Below are positions 11,920-21,707 of a DNA stretch of 64,000 nt, piece by piece (position 1 is the first letter of the stretch; each line of letters starts with the position of its first letter). The DNA comes from Coraliomargaritaceae bacterium. GTDB lineage: Bacteria > Verrucomicrobiota > Verrucomicrobiia > Opitutales > Coraliomargaritaceae. Both the position numbers and the translations under genes were made by a program. The stretch lies in contig CBFIAS010000002.1 of NCBI GenBank assembly GCA_965660635.1, positions 5,426 through 69,425 on the forward strand. Direction: 5' to 3'. The notes beneath the pieces are model-generated. The model did not search any database and was not told the DNA's origin. It saw nothing but the letters and a program-made list of their open reading frames with translations.

Positions 11920-12795
11920 ATGCAAGTCATCGACGGAAACGCCATCGCAGAATCCATCATCGGGGAACTCACCGCCCAGGTCGCCGCGCTCTCCGGGGCA
12001 AAGCCCGCGGTCGCCTTTATCCGCGTCGGAGACGACCCGGCCTCGGTCTCCTATGTCAGTAAAAAACAAAAGACCGCCGAACGCATCGGCATCCAGAGCA
12101 GCCTCCACCTGCTGCCCGAAGACGTCTCAAGCGATGCCCTCTTTGAAAAGATCGATGCCCTCAACGCCGACCCGCAAGTCCATGGAATCCTTGTACAGGC
12201 ACCCCTCCCAGCCCACATTGACGAGACCGGGACCTTCAACCGCGTCGCTCCGGAGAAGGACGTCGACGGCTTTAACACCATCAACATCGGCCGTCTCTGC
12301 CAGGAAGATGAGCGTGGTTTCGTTGCTTGCACCCCGGCAGGCATCGTTGAACTCATTCAACACAGCGGCATCGAAACTGAAGGACGACATGTCGTCATCC
12401 TCGGCCGAAGCCAGATCGTCGGCAAACCCGCTGCCCTGCTAATGATGCGAAAAGCCGTGCCCGGCAACGCCACTGTCACACTATGCCACTCCCGCACACG
12501 TGACCTGCCAGCCATCACCCGGCAGGCAGACATCCTCATCGCCGCAATCGGCCGTCCAAACTTCGTCACCGCGGAAATGGTCCGCGATGGAGTCTCCGTC
12601 ATCGACGTTGGGATCAACCGCGTGGAAGACCCCTCCAGGCCCCGCGGCTACCGCCTCGTCGGCGACGTCGATTATCCCGCCGTCTCCGCCAAAGCCGCCC
12701 ACATCACCCCCGTGCCCGGCGGCGTCGGCCCCATGACCGTCGCCATGCTCATGAAAAACACCCTCAAGGCTTACCTCGCCACCCAGACCACATGA
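11920..12795 (+). CDS. folD: bifunctional methylenetetrahydrofolate dehydrogenase/cyclohydrolase
   Basis: [39 protein letters not shown]. Start at [10 protein letters not shown]. Confidence 0.93.
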   Translation: MQVIDGNAIAESIIGELTAQVAALSGAKPAVAFIRVGDDPASVSYVSKKQKTAERIGIQSSLHLLPEDVSSDALFEKIDALNADPQVHGILVQAPLPAHIDETGTFNRVAPEKDVDGFNTINIGRLCQEDERGFVACTPAGIVELIQHSGIETEGRHVVILGRSQIVGKPAALLMMRKAVPGNATVTLCHSRTRDLPAITRQADILIAAIGRPNFVTAEMVRDGVSVIDVGINRVEDPSRPRGYRLVGDVDYPAVSAKAAHITPVPGGVGPMTVAMLMKNTLKAYLATQTT

Positions 12796-13418
12796 ACGGC
12801 AGCGAACCACCCGGCCCCGGCGAACCGGACGGCCAGCCCAAGCCAGGAAACGTCCTCGACTCCGTCTTCCGCCAGGACGGCCCCATGCCCCCGGCCCGTC
12901 TTTCCCTCCGTGCCATCGCACTGCTCATGGACGCCGTTGTCCTCTTCCTCGTAGCCAACTTCATCATCCTCAAGATCGTCTGGCCCGAGGCCCATCCCGG
13001 CGCCATCGCTGAATACACCGCATGGTTCGAAGCCTTTACCCGCAATCTGGCCAACAAGGAACCCCTGCCCGCGATGAACCCCTCCCTGCTCGATGACCTG
13101 AGCGACGCATACAGCATCCAGATCATCGTCTCATGGGTATATTTTGCCATCGGTGAAAGCCTCTTCAACGGTGCATCCCTCGGCAAACGCACCTTCCGCC
13201 TGCGCACCGTCGGCACCGTCACCCTCGGCCCTGCAACTTTCTTCACCGGCATTTTCCGCGCCGGCCTGAAGACCTTTCTCCTCTTCTATCTCTTCCCTCT
13301 CCTTCTCATCGGCAACCTCATTGTCATGCGTTTCAACAAGCGTGGCCAGGCCGGACATGACCTCCTCAGCCGGACAGCCGTGGTCGATGAGAAAAAAATG
13401 CTCCAAAATTCCCCCTGA
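12792..13418 (+). CDS. RDD family membrane protein
   Basis: 208 aa with a proline-rich N-terminus and 3-4 hydrophobic segments. RDD-like pattern ([14 protein letters not shown] .. [12 protein letters not shown]). ATGA overlap with the folD stop. Confidence 0.6.
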   Translation: MNGSEPPGPGEPDGQPKPGNVLDSVFRQDGPMPPARLSLRAIALLMDAVVLFLVANFIILKIVWPEAHPGAIAEYTAWFEAFTRNLANKEPLPAMNPSLLDDLSDAYSIQIIVSWVYFAIGESLFNGASLGKRTFRLRTVGTVTLGPATFFTGIFRAGLKTFLLFYLFPLLLIGNLIVMRFNKRGQAGHDLLSRTAVVDEKKMLQNSP

Positions 13419-13436
13419 CCCCGCATCACACCTGTC

Positions 13437-14552
13437 TTGAGCCAGAAAGAAAAGCCACGCATCCTTGTCGTCGATGACCAGCCGATCAACGTCAAGCTCC
13501 TCCAGCGCAAGTTAGAGCGCCACGACCTGCAGGTGCTCGTCGCCACCAACGGGCGGGAATGCCTTGAAACCGTCCGCCAGCAAAGCCCAGACCTCATACT
13601 CCTCGATGTGATGATGCCCGAAATGGACGGCATCGAGACCTGCCGCCGGCTGAAGGCCGATCCCGCCTCCTCCACCATTCCCGTCCTCTTTGTCACAGCG
13701 CGCGCCAGCAAGGAAAACAAGCTCGAAGGGCTCCGGGCCGGCGCCGTCGACTACATCACCAAGCCCATCGACCTTGAGGAAACCCTCGCCCGGGTCCGCA
13801 CACACCTCCGCCTCCAGGAGATGTTCCGCGAGAACCTCCAACTCCAGGAGCGCCTCGGCGACGCCCGCAAGGCCGCCGCAGTCGGAGCCATAACACAAGG
13901 CATCGCCCACAACCTGAACAACCTTCTGGGCGTAGTTGTCGGCTACCTCGACCTGATCAAGAACAGCAGCGACTGCCCCGGGCCCGTATCCCGCAACCTC
14001 GCCCTTGCCGACAAAGCCCTCAACCGCATGATCCACATCATCCAGCAGCTCGCCACCATCGCGAAAAACGAGCGACACGAACGCGTCCACCTGTCTGCCC
14101 GGAACCTGCTCGAGGACAGCATCCGGAGATTCCGCTCCGAACACGAGAACCGCCCCGATATCCAGCTCCATAACGAACTGCCCGAAAATATCCAAATCCG
14201 CGCCAATGCCGAGATCTTCGAAAGCATCCTCGGCAGGCTCCTGGCCAACGCCTGGGAAAGCCACGGAATGGATGCCACAGCCGGAGAGCGATCCGTCCAG
14301 GTCCATGCGGACCAAATCGAGAAGCGCGGCGTCCCCATGCTCCGCATCCGCGTCGTCGATCACGGAAAGGGTATCGATCCCTCTGTTGCCGATACCCTGT
14401 TTGAGCCCTTCGCCACCACCAAGACCGCCGTCGGCAGCGGCATGGGCCTGACCATTTCCCGCCACACCCTCCGCAATATCGGGGGCGACATCCAACTCGC
14501 CCCCAACCCCGGCCGCGGCGTCACCGCCACCCTCACCCATCCCATCGAATAG
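13437..14552 (+). CDS. hybrid response regulator / histidine kinase (REC-HisKA-HATPase, no sensor domain)
   Basis: REC domain (ILVVDDQ .. DLILLDVMMPEMDG .. VLFVTA .. DYITKP), H-box GIAHNLNNLLGVV, ATPase G-boxes (DHGKGI, GSGMGL). TTG start. Confidence 0.85.
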   Translation: MSQKEKPRILVVDDQPINVKLLQRKLERHDLQVLVATNGRECLETVRQQSPDLILLDVMMPEMDGIETCRRLKADPASSTIPVLFVTARASKENKLEGLRAGAVDYITKPIDLEETLARVRTHLRLQEMFRENLQLQERLGDARKAAAVGAITQGIAHNLNNLLGVVVGYLDLIKNSSDCPGPVSRNLALADKALNRMIHIIQQLATIAKNERHERVHLSARNLLEDSIRRFRSEHENRPDIQLHNELPENIQIRANAEIFESILGRLLANAWESHGMDATAGERSVQVHADQIEKRGVPMLRIRVVDHGKGIDPSVADTLFEPFATTKTAVGSGMGLTISRHTLRNIGGDIQLAPNPGRGVTATLTHPIE

Positions 14553-14559
14553 AACACCC

Positions 14560-15366
14560 ATGGACATCCAGATCGCCTTCATCGGAGCCGGCCGCATGGC
14601 CTCCGCCATCGTCCGCGGACTCCTCGAAAACCAGCACTACGCCCCCGGCCAGATCGCCTGCACCTGCGGAGACGATCCCACTGGCCCGGAACTCGCCAGG
14701 CAAACCGGCATCCAACACCTCCCCGACCTTCTCCCCGCAGCCGACACCGCCCGAGCCATCGTCCTCGCCTGCAAACCCCAGCAACTTGCCGCGCTATCCT
14801 CCGGTACCGCTCAAGCCGCCACCGGCAAGCTCCTCGTCTCCATCCTCGCAGGCACCACCCTCGCCCGGCTTCGCGAGGCCTTCCCCGAAGCCAGCAACAT
14901 CGTCCGCACCATGCCCAACACGCCCGGCCAGATCGGCGCCGGCGTCAGCGCCTACGCCCCCCTCCAGCCGCTCAAAGAAGACCACGCAGCCATCGTCCAG
15001 AATATCCTCGGCGCCCTCGGGCAGTACCACCTCGTTCCCGAAGCCAAACTCGACGCGGTCACCGCCCTGAGCGGCAGCGGCCCCGCCTATCTCTTCGAGT
15101 TCGCCGCCGCACTTCAGGAAGCAGGCATCAAGGCCGGCCTCCAGCCCGCACTGGCCAACTCCCTCACCCAGCACACCCTCCTCGGCGCCGCCAAACTACT
15201 CGAGCAATCCGGAGAATCCCCCGAAACCCTGCGAAACGCTGTGACTTCCCCCGGCGGCACCACCGCCGCCGCTCTTGAAGTCCTGCAAGAAGCCCGCTTC
15301 CGGGAGATCATCGACCGCGCCATCGCCGCCGCCAAAACCCGCTCTGTCGAACTCGCCAAGCTCTAG
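14560..15366 (+). CDS. proC: pyrroline-5-carboxylate reductase
   Basis: FIGAGRMASAIVRGL Rossmann motif and SPGGTTAAALEVL C-terminal signature. Confidence 0.93.
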   Translation: MDIQIAFIGAGRMASAIVRGLLENQHYAPGQIACTCGDDPTGPELARQTGIQHLPDLLPAADTARAIVLACKPQQLAALSSGTAQAATGKLLVSILAGTTLARLREAFPEASNIVRTMPNTPGQIGAGVSAYAPLQPLKEDHAAIVQNILGALGQYHLVPEAKLDAVTALSGSGPAYLFEFAAALQEAGIKAGLQPALANSLTQHTLLGAAKLLEQSGESPETLRNAVTSPGGTTAAALEVLQEARFREIIDRAIAAAKTRSVELAKL

Positions 15367-15605
15367 CCAGATCCGCCGGAAAATGGACAAGAAGTAATAG
15401 ATTTCATGCATTGCAATCATAACGATCCGCTTGGAACTCGATGCCTAGGAAAAAACTTTCAAAAGGGACTGTAGGACTTGCTAAGTCCAACCCCCAATAA
15501 GATTTGTCTGATGCGGAGGATAAGCCTCCGTTCCCCCGCGGCTGGAATGGTTTAGGGTTGCCCGGTCCGGGTGAACTTTAAAGTGTCGTCCGTTTGACGA
15601 CTCCC

Positions 15606-16178
15606 ATGCGCGCACTGGTCATACTCCACCCCGGATTCGAGGAAATCGAGGCGGTTAGCCCGATCGACCTCCTTTCCCGTGCCAATGTGGAAGTTGTCTC
15701 CGCATCCACTACGGACGGACGTACGGTATTAGGACGGAGCGGCATCACCCTGATGGCGGATACCCTGCTGGCCGATGCGGCCTCGGAGGCCTTCGATGCG
15801 GTCATCCTCCCGGGCGGGCCGGGCATAGGCGACCTGCGTGAAAACCGTATTCTCTGTGACCTGCTTCAGCGGCAGCATGCGGCGGGGAAATGGCTGGCCT
15901 GCATCTGCGCGGCACCTCTCCTCCTGCTCGATGCCGGCTTGCTCGACGGGGGCACCCGCTACACCTGCCATCCGTCAGTGGAAGAAGAACTGCCCGGCCG
16001 GGCGGAAGCCGCTGCGGTCGCCCTGGACGGCACCATCCTGACCTCGCGCGGAGCCGGTACAGCGGTGGAATTCTCCCTTGCCTTGATTGAAAAGCTCCGC
16101 GACCGGAAGACCGCCGAAGCGGTCGCCGAATCCATCTGCCTGGGCGGGAGCAGAACCGCAAACCTGCAGGAAGAATGA
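15606..16178 (+). CDS. DJ-1/PfpI family protein
   Basis: Nucleophile-elbow context LACICAAPLLL, GPGIGDL, TSRGAGTAVEF. Start at MRALVILHPGFEE. Confidence 0.85.
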   Translation: MRALVILHPGFEEIEAVSPIDLLSRANVEVVSASTTDGRTVLGRSGITLMADTLLADAASEAFDAVILPGGPGIGDLRENRILCDLLQRQHAAGKWLACICAAPLLLLDAGLLDGGTRYTCHPSVEEELPGRAEAAAVALDGTILTSRGAGTAVEFSLALIEKLRDRKTAEAVAESICLGGSRTANLQEE

Positions 16179-17638
16179 GCCAAGCGGAACAAGATCAGGG
16201 GCTGACCCTGCGGGACAAGCTGCTACGGGATACCTTTACCCCTGCCGAAAACTTCCTGAGTTGCCTCATCCTGGTCAGCAGTGTGGCCGTTCTCTACCCC
16301 GGCCAGCCGCGCAGCTACTGGCTGCTCGGCTTCTTCCTCATTGCTGGGGCGCTCACGCCCATGCTCCTGAAGACCCACGAGACCACCCACCCGTTTTTTG
16401 TCGACTCCCTCTGGTCGCGCTTTTTCTGGCTGACCGCGCCCTTCTGGCTGCTCCTGCTCTGCTTTGTCGCCGGGCTGCTGCAGTCTCCCCTCGAATCCAT
16501 TCAATTGGAAGGCAACTCGTACAAGAGACTGCTCCCGGTCAACATCTGGCAACCGACGACTACCGGGGCCCTGTCCTCCTGGCTCCCGCTGCTCGCCTTT
16601 GGCTGCATCCTCACACTCGGCTCGACCATGTTCATCATCCCCAAGTCGCTGAGCTACTTCGAGCGAATGCTTCCCTGGCTCTGTTTGACCGCCAGCATGG
16701 CAGGTATCTTCGGTTACATGCAGCAGATCGGCGGGCGTACCGCGCCCTTCTATGCCCGCGAACATGTCAGCGGGGACTTTTTTTCAAGTTTCGCCTACGA
16801 CGGCCACTGGGCGGCCTACGCGCTGCTTTGGATGTCCGTCTGCTTCTGCTTCGCCCTGAGGCACTTGCAATACGCGAAGCATTACCCCGTTTCAAAGACC
16901 ATAGCCCCCTGGTATCTGAGCGGAGCCCTTCTGCTGGGTTACTCCGGGCTGTTCATTGAAGCGCGGCTGCCCGCCGCCCTGCTTCTTCTATATTTCGCTG
17001 CCCTTACCATCCTCTATACGGTCGCCTACTTGCGGCGCCCGGGCAACCGCCGAAGGATCGCCACCGGCGCTGCCGCCGCGCTTCTCGCCTCGGTGGCCGC
17101 CGGGAACGCGATCCTCCGCCTGCTTCAGCCCCAGCCCGCCGACGTGACCGCTGAAGCCCTGCGGGCAAGTGCCTGGCGAATGTTCCTTGAAAACCCTCTT
17201 TTCGGCTGGGGCATGGACGCCTTTCCCCAGCTCTCCGGCTATTACCAGAGCGACCTGCTCCTCGGCCAAGCCCAGGGGCGGGCCTTCTCCGACATCCTGC
17301 AGATGCTGGCCGAGTTCGGGGTGGCCGGGGTGTTGCCAATGGTTGTAGCTGTATCCTGGCTGCTCATCCGCTACTTCCGCGGGCAGCATGATTTCCTCTT
17401 CCCCAACATCCTGCTGGTGGCCTGCCTCGGTGTCTTCCTCCTCTCTTGGATGGACTCGCCTTTCATGTCTCCAGCAGTCTTCTACAGCTTTCTAATTCTC
17501 TTTTTCTCCGCCTTGCGCTGGGCCGACCTTTCGAGAAAAAATGTGGATGAAGTCGATGCGCGCACGGTTCTGGTGACCGATTCAAAACTGCGCCGTGTCC
17601 CGGTCTACAAAGGCCCGAAAAACGAGTCATTCAAATAA
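16175..17638 (+). CDS. O-antigen ligase (Wzy_C)-like polytopic membrane protein
   Basis: 487 aa with about 10 hydrophobic helices and a periplasmic-loop motif FLENPLFGWGMDAF. ATGA overlap with the preceding gene. Confidence 0.65.
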   Translation: MSQAEQDQGLTLRDKLLRDTFTPAENFLSCLILVSSVAVLYPGQPRSYWLLGFFLIAGALTPMLLKTHETTHPFFVDSLWSRFFWLTAPFWLLLLCFVAGLLQSPLESIQLEGNSYKRLLPVNIWQPTTTGALSSWLPLLAFGCILTLGSTMFIIPKSLSYFERMLPWLCLTASMAGIFGYMQQIGGRTAPFYAREHVSGDFFSSFAYDGHWAAYALLWMSVCFCFALRHLQYAKHYPVSKTIAPWYLSGALLLGYSGLFIEARLPAALLLLYFAALTILYTVAYLRRPGNRRRIATGAAAALLASVAAGNAILRLLQPQPADVTAEALRASAWRMFLENPLFGWGMDAFPQLSGYYQSDLLLGQAQGRAFSDILQMLAEFGVAGVLPMVVAVSWLLIRYFRGQHDFLFPNILLVACLGVFLLSWMDSPFMSPAVFYSFLILFFSALRWADLSRKNVDEVDARTVLVTDSKLRRVPVYKGPKNESFK

Positions 17639-17653
17639 GTCTTTGAACAAACT

Positions 17654-19033
17654 ATGCCAGCAGAACACTTCCAGTATATCGTGATCGGTGGCGGTAGCGG
17701 GGGCTATGCAGCGGCCCGCACGGCCCGAGAAGTCCTCGACCGTGTGGCCATAGTAGATGGCGCTGATACCCTCGGCGGTCTCTGCATCCTGCGGGGCTGC
17801 ATGCCCTCAAAGACCCTGATCTATTCCGCGGAGGTGCTGCATCAGGCGAACAAGGGGGAGACCTTCGGCCTGGACATTCCGATGGCCGGGGCCGACATGG
17901 CCGCCCTACAGCAACGCAAGCAGGCAATCATCCGGGAATTTGCGGAGTACCGGCAGGAACAACTGGAGAGCGACCGCTTCACCCTCTTCCGCAACCACGC
18001 CCGCTTCATCGATCCGCAGACCATTGAACTGGATGATGGAAAACGCCTGACGGCGGATCACTTCATGGTGGCTACCGGCTCCAGCGTCGCTCTGCCGCCG
18101 GTGCCGGGCCTGGCTGGTGTGCCCTGCTGGACAAGCGACGACGTGCTCGATCTGGATTTCCTCCCGGAGCGCGTGATCGTACTGGGCGGAGGCATCGTGG
18201 CCTGCGAACTGGCGCAATGCCTGCGTCGGCTGGGCAGTGAAGTCACCCTGATCCAACGCAATCCGCGCCTGCTCAAGCAGATGCCGGAAGCGGCCTCTAT
18301 TGCCATTGAGAATGCTTTCCGCGAAGAAGGGATCCAAGTGCACACCGGTACAAATCTGCAATCGGTTCATCATGCAGACGGCTGCTTCCATGTGGCCTTC
18401 GAGCAGGACGGTGAGACGGTGGAACTGTCTGCGCCGCATCTGCTCAACGCGCTGGGCCGGGTGCCCGCGACCGAAGGCCTGCACCTCGAAGCGGCGGGAG
18501 TCGATACGCAGCCGGGTGGCCACATCGCCTGCAATGAGTTTCAGCAGACCGCCAACCCGAAGGTCTACGCCTGCGGCGACGTGGCCGGCCCGCATGAGAT
18601 TGTCCATGTGGCCATCCTGCAGGGCGAAGCAGCCGCCCGTCACGCGACGGACCGCAAGGCAGAGCCGGTCAACTACGATAGCCTTGTCAGCGTGGCCTTT
18701 ACCGATCCGCAGGTTGCCACTGCCGGGCTGTCGGAAGAACAACTCCGGCAGAGCGGCATGAAGTACCTCTCGGCTGACTATCCATTCGACGATCACGGCA
18801 AGTCCATCCTGATGGAAGCGAAGCACGGCTATGTAAAAGTCTTCGCCGATACCGGCGGCAAAGTACTCGGCGCGGAATGCGTGGGCAAAGACGCAGGGGA
18901 ACTCATCCACTCGATGGCCGTAGCCGTACAACTGCGGGCCCATGTGCGCGACCTGCTCAAGGTGCACTGGTACCACCCCACTCTCTCGGAGATCTGGACC
19001 TATCCGCTCGAGGATATTCTGGAGGCACTGTAG
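17654..19033 (+). CDS. FAD-dependent pyridine nucleotide-disulfide oxidoreductase (dihydrolipoamide dehydrogenase / glutathione reductase family)
   Basis: GGGSGGYAAA FAD motif, redox-active GGLCILRGCMPSK, NAD motif VLGGGIVACELA, dimerisation HPTLSE. Confidence 0.85.
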   Translation: MPAEHFQYIVIGGGSGGYAAARTAREVLDRVAIVDGADTLGGLCILRGCMPSKTLIYSAEVLHQANKGETFGLDIPMAGADMAALQQRKQAIIREFAEYRQEQLESDRFTLFRNHARFIDPQTIELDDGKRLTADHFMVATGSSVALPPVPGLAGVPCWTSDDVLDLDFLPERVIVLGGGIVACELAQCLRRLGSEVTLIQRNPRLLKQMPEAASIAIENAFREEGIQVHTGTNLQSVHHADGCFHVAFEQDGETVELSAPHLLNALGRVPATEGLHLEAAGVDTQPGGHIACNEFQQTANPKVYACGDVAGPHEIVHVAILQGEAAARHATDRKAEPVNYDSLVSVAFTDPQVATAGLSEEQLRQSGMKYLSADYPFDDHGKSILMEAKHGYVKVFADTGGKVLGAECVGKDAGELIHSMAVAVQLRAHVRDLLKVHWYHPTLSEIWTYPLEDILEAL

Positions 19034-19102
19034 CCGAAGCTACCGCGGCTCGATCCGAAAAACAGACGCGGATTGGCAAAATAATTGGTGGCAGAATAAT
19101 GC

Positions 19103-19282
19103 TCAACCATTGAACACGCGCTGTTTCTTATAGTCGTAATCCGGATCGAATTCGACCGTGCCGGACAAATCCAGTATCTTCAATTGTTCAGGACGCTGCA
19201 CATATTCAGCCAGCGCCTCGTTCACCGCCTGCTTCTTCGTCTTCAACCCGCCAAGCTGTATAGCCCTGCCGAGAAGATCCAC
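19103..19282 (-). pseudogene. VapB-like antitoxin remnant, paralog of 53897..54094; partner PIN toxin deleted
   Basis: Translation VDLLGRAIQLGGLKTKKQAVNEALAEYVQRPEQLKILDLSGTVEFDPDYDYKKQRVFNG aligns along its length with the intact VapB at 53897. The open frame (to 19312) has no ATG. Only an ATGGTT start remnant of a downstream toxin remains. Confidence 0.55.
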
Positions 19283-19296
19283 ATGGTCAAATTCAA

Positions 19297-20406
19297 CTAC
19301 CAGATCCCGCGCTCACCCTTCTTCAGGGAACGGGCCACGGCGACGAGGAGTTGCACAGTGTGCTCGATATCCTCTAAGTCGACCATCTCGCTCGGGGTGT
19401 GCATGTAGCGGAGCGGAATGGAGAGCAAGCCGGTCGCAATGCCCGCTTGCGCGACTTGAATGGCCCGCGCGTCGGTGCCGGTGGGCCGTGAATCAGCCTC
19501 CAGCTGATAAGGGATCTTATTCTTTTCCGCGACCTCGACGATGCGCTCGAAAATGACCGGGTTGATGTTGGGTCCGCGGCAGACGATGGGGCCCCCGCCC
19601 TGCTTGAAACTGCCGTACTTGCGGACATCGCAGTCGGGCGAATCAGTGGCATGCCCGACATCCACGGCAATGGCAAAATCCGGATTTTCCGAGAAGGCCG
19701 CGGTAATCGCTCCGCGAGTGCCAATCTCCTCCTGGGTCGTGGCAGCGGCGACAACACGCGCGGCCAGACGGCCCTTGCCGGTGGCCAAACGACGAACGGC
19801 TTCGAGTACAGCATAGGCACCGGCCTTGTCGTCGAAGGCACGGGCCACGCCGATGCTTCCGCGGATCAATTCAAAGCTCTGGTCGTAGACCGCGCAGTCA
19901 CCAATCCGCACGAGTGCTTCCGCTTCCTCACGGGAGGACACGCCGATATCGATCCAGATTTGATGGGTCTCCGGCACTTTCTTCCGGTCTTCTGCGGACA
20001 TCAGGTGAATGGCCCGCTTGCCCGTCACGCCCTTGACGATTCCGCTCTTCGTCAGAATCGAGACCCGGCGGCCGGAGATCATCGTCTTGTCATGTCCGCC
20101 CAGTGTGTCGAAGTAAAGAAAGCCCTTCTCGTTGATGTAGGTAACGATCAATCCCAGCTCATCAATGTGTCCGGCAAAGAGGATGGACGGATCGCCCTCC
20201 GGGTTCACCGTGGCGAAGCGGTTTCCCATAGTGTCTTTCCGGTAGGCATCGACGACTGGTTCGATATGGGCATCGACCACGGCCTGCGCCTCGTATTCGT
20301 GCCCGGTCGGCGAGCGGGCCTCCAGCAGGTCGACGAGAAATTGTGGTGCCTTATACGGCTTGGTAGTTTTCTGAGCTACTTTTTTAACGGTCTTTTTCTC
20401 CGGCAT
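19297..20406 (-). CDS. M42 family metallopeptidase (FrvX / glutamyl aminopeptidase-like)
   Basis: 369 aa with M42-type blocks SPTGHEYE, FAGHIDELGLIV, RAFDDKAGA, TTQEEIGTRGA, DVGHATD. Confidence 0.85.
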   Translation of the reverse strand: MPEKKTVKKVAQKTTKPYKAPQFLVDLLEARSPTGHEYEAQAVVDAHIEPVVDAYRKDTMGNRFATVNPEGDPSILFAGHIDELGLIVTYINEKGFLYFDTLGGHDKTMISGRRVSILTKSGIVKGVTGKRAIHLMSAEDRKKVPETHQIWIDIGVSSREEAEALVRIGDCAVYDQSFELIRGSIGVARAFDDKAGAYAVLEAVRRLATGKGRLAARVVAAATTQEEIGTRGAITAAFSENPDFAIAVDVGHATDSPDCDVRKYGSFKQGGGPIVCRGPNINPVIFERIVEVAEKNKIPYQLEADSRPTGTDARAIQVAQAGIATGLLSIPLRYMHTPSEMVDLEDIEHTVQLLVAVARSLKKGERGIW

Positions 20407-20512
20407 GATTCACTTGATAGAGCAAGCGCGTAAACTTGCCACGAAAAAAGGCTTATCGTCGATTGCCGAAATCTGTGCCGATCCTTACGAAGAAGCCATT
20501 CTGTTTTTTATG

Positions 20513-20542
20513 CCCGCGAAGTGCCGCGAAGCTTTCGACGAA
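20513..20542. repeat. CGCGAAG-type triple-unit short repeat, copy a (inverted relative to copies b and c)
   Basis: CCCGCGAAGtgcCGCGAAGctttCGACGAA. GCGAA-type units lie about 10 nt apart. The first 19 nt match the reverse complement of copy b at 16 of 19 positions. Confidence 0.7.
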
Positions 20543-20652
20543 CCGGGGGAGAGAACGATGCAGGGTGGTGAGCTAGAGTCAGGAAGCATGAAGTGAAAAA
20601 GTACACCGCATTTTTCCTGCTGGTTATCCTGCCAAAGAATTTCCCACTTGTG

Positions 20653-20679
20653 CTCCTTCGCGCATCTTCGCGGGAAGAA
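20653..20679. repeat. CGCGAAG-type repeat, copy b
   Basis: CTCCTTCGCGCATCTTCGCGGGAAGAA. Identical at 26 of 27 nt to copy c (21571-21597), same orientation. Confidence 0.8.
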
Positions 20680-20783
20680 ATCATGCCTCACGAATCGCCT
20701 GCTTGGCTTCTTTTGAAGAGCCGTCATGCTTGCAAGCCAGCAAAATCCAGCAGGGATCTATTTCTATTGTAGAAAGGCACGCT

Positions 20784-21320
20784 TTAGCGATTCCCTGAGG
20801 GTTGGTTGGATTCGGTACTGCCCAGAATCATAGAGTCCTGCTTGGTGATCCTTGTCTTGGGTTCAACCGATGGATTGGCCGGGTAACTATTGCCGTCAAA
20901 CACCAGTATCCGGTCACTCGGCTGAATGCCTCCGCCCGAACTGTGCACGACAAGATCACGCCAGCCACGGTTTGTGGTTTTCCGTACATGGACCGGCTCA
21001 CGGGTGAGCGTGCTCTTGCTGATGAATGAATAGGTGCCGTCCCGAGTTCCTGCGAAAACAAAGAGAGTACCGCCGCCGCTCCCGGCGTACCCGGTGTCCC
21101 ATCGGCTGACTAAGGCGACCGCATCCAGCATGTCGTCATCATTCAGATCGACAAAAGAGACCGTGTATTGCTCCGGCGCGAGGGATCCAGATCCACTGCC
21201 TTCCAGGTGTTCCGTGAACGATGCATGAAAGGCATGCCTGTGTGCAGACTCGTCTTTTTGAATACTGGCACACGAGGTACACAGACTCAAAGCTATGAAG
21301 AAAACCAATGCCTGTTTCAT
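20784..21320 (-). CDS. hypothetical secreted protein / possible lipoprotein
   Basis: Start at MKQALVFFIALSLCTSCASIQ (signal peptide with Cys residues, imperfect lipobox). FG-GAP-like stretch DLNDDDMLDAVALVS..GSGGGTLFVF. Lies in an AT-richer island. Confidence 0.55.
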   Translation of the reverse strand: MKQALVFFIALSLCTSCASIQKDESAHRHAFHASFTEHLEGSGSGSLAPEQYTVSFVDLNDDDMLDAVALVSRWDTGYAGSGGGTLFVFAGTRDGTYSFISKSTLTREPVHVRKTTNRGWRDLVVHSSGGGIQPSDRILVFDGNSYPANPSVEPKTRITKQDSMILGSTESNQPSGNR

Positions 21321-21560
21321 GCTATTTCCTTTTTTCGTAGGACATGAGTGTGATATTTCATGACGTTCCGCCTCGTTTTTGTTATGCGGCAAAGACTGCT
21401 TGTGCTTTAATTTTCCCGCAAGGGATTTGCATCCCTTGGCGAGTAATGGCAGTCGTTCATTCGCCAGCAATCAATCTCTCATCCATGGAAATTTGGACGA
21501 ACCCATTTCCTCTGCTGAGTCGATTTGAAAAGCTGCCACCAATTATTCTGCTAAAAACCC

Positions 21561-21597
21561 CTCCTTCGCACTCCTTCGCGCATCTTAGCGGGAAGAA
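21561..21597. repeat. CGCGAAG-type repeat, copy c (three units)
   Basis: CTCCTTCGCA-CTCCTTCGCG-CATCTTAGCGGGAAGAA. Units are spaced 10 nt apart. Confidence 0.8.
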
Positions 21598-21654
21598 TTT
21601 TTACCAACTTGTACAGGTGCATGCTCCGGGAACTTCCCGGAAAATGATGATAAA

Positions 21655-21684
21655 CCAAAAAAGCACTCTCCGAGGAGAGTGCTT
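21655..21684 (-). terminator. intrinsic terminator after ahcY
   Basis: On the minus strand, AGCACTCTC-ctcg-GAGAGTGCT is followed by TTTTTTGG, 24 nt past the ahcY stop. Confidence 0.75.
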
Positions 21685-21707
21685 CTGAAATGGATCGATA
21701 CTGTAAA

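Noticed and set aside
20405-20727. Small ORFs (63 aa on the plus strand, 80 aa on the minus strand) in the AT-rich spacer upstream of the M42 peptidase gene
   Set aside because: They have no recognisable motifs and overlap each other. They are largely made of the CGCGAAG-type repeat copies, so they are more likely non-coding repeat DNA.
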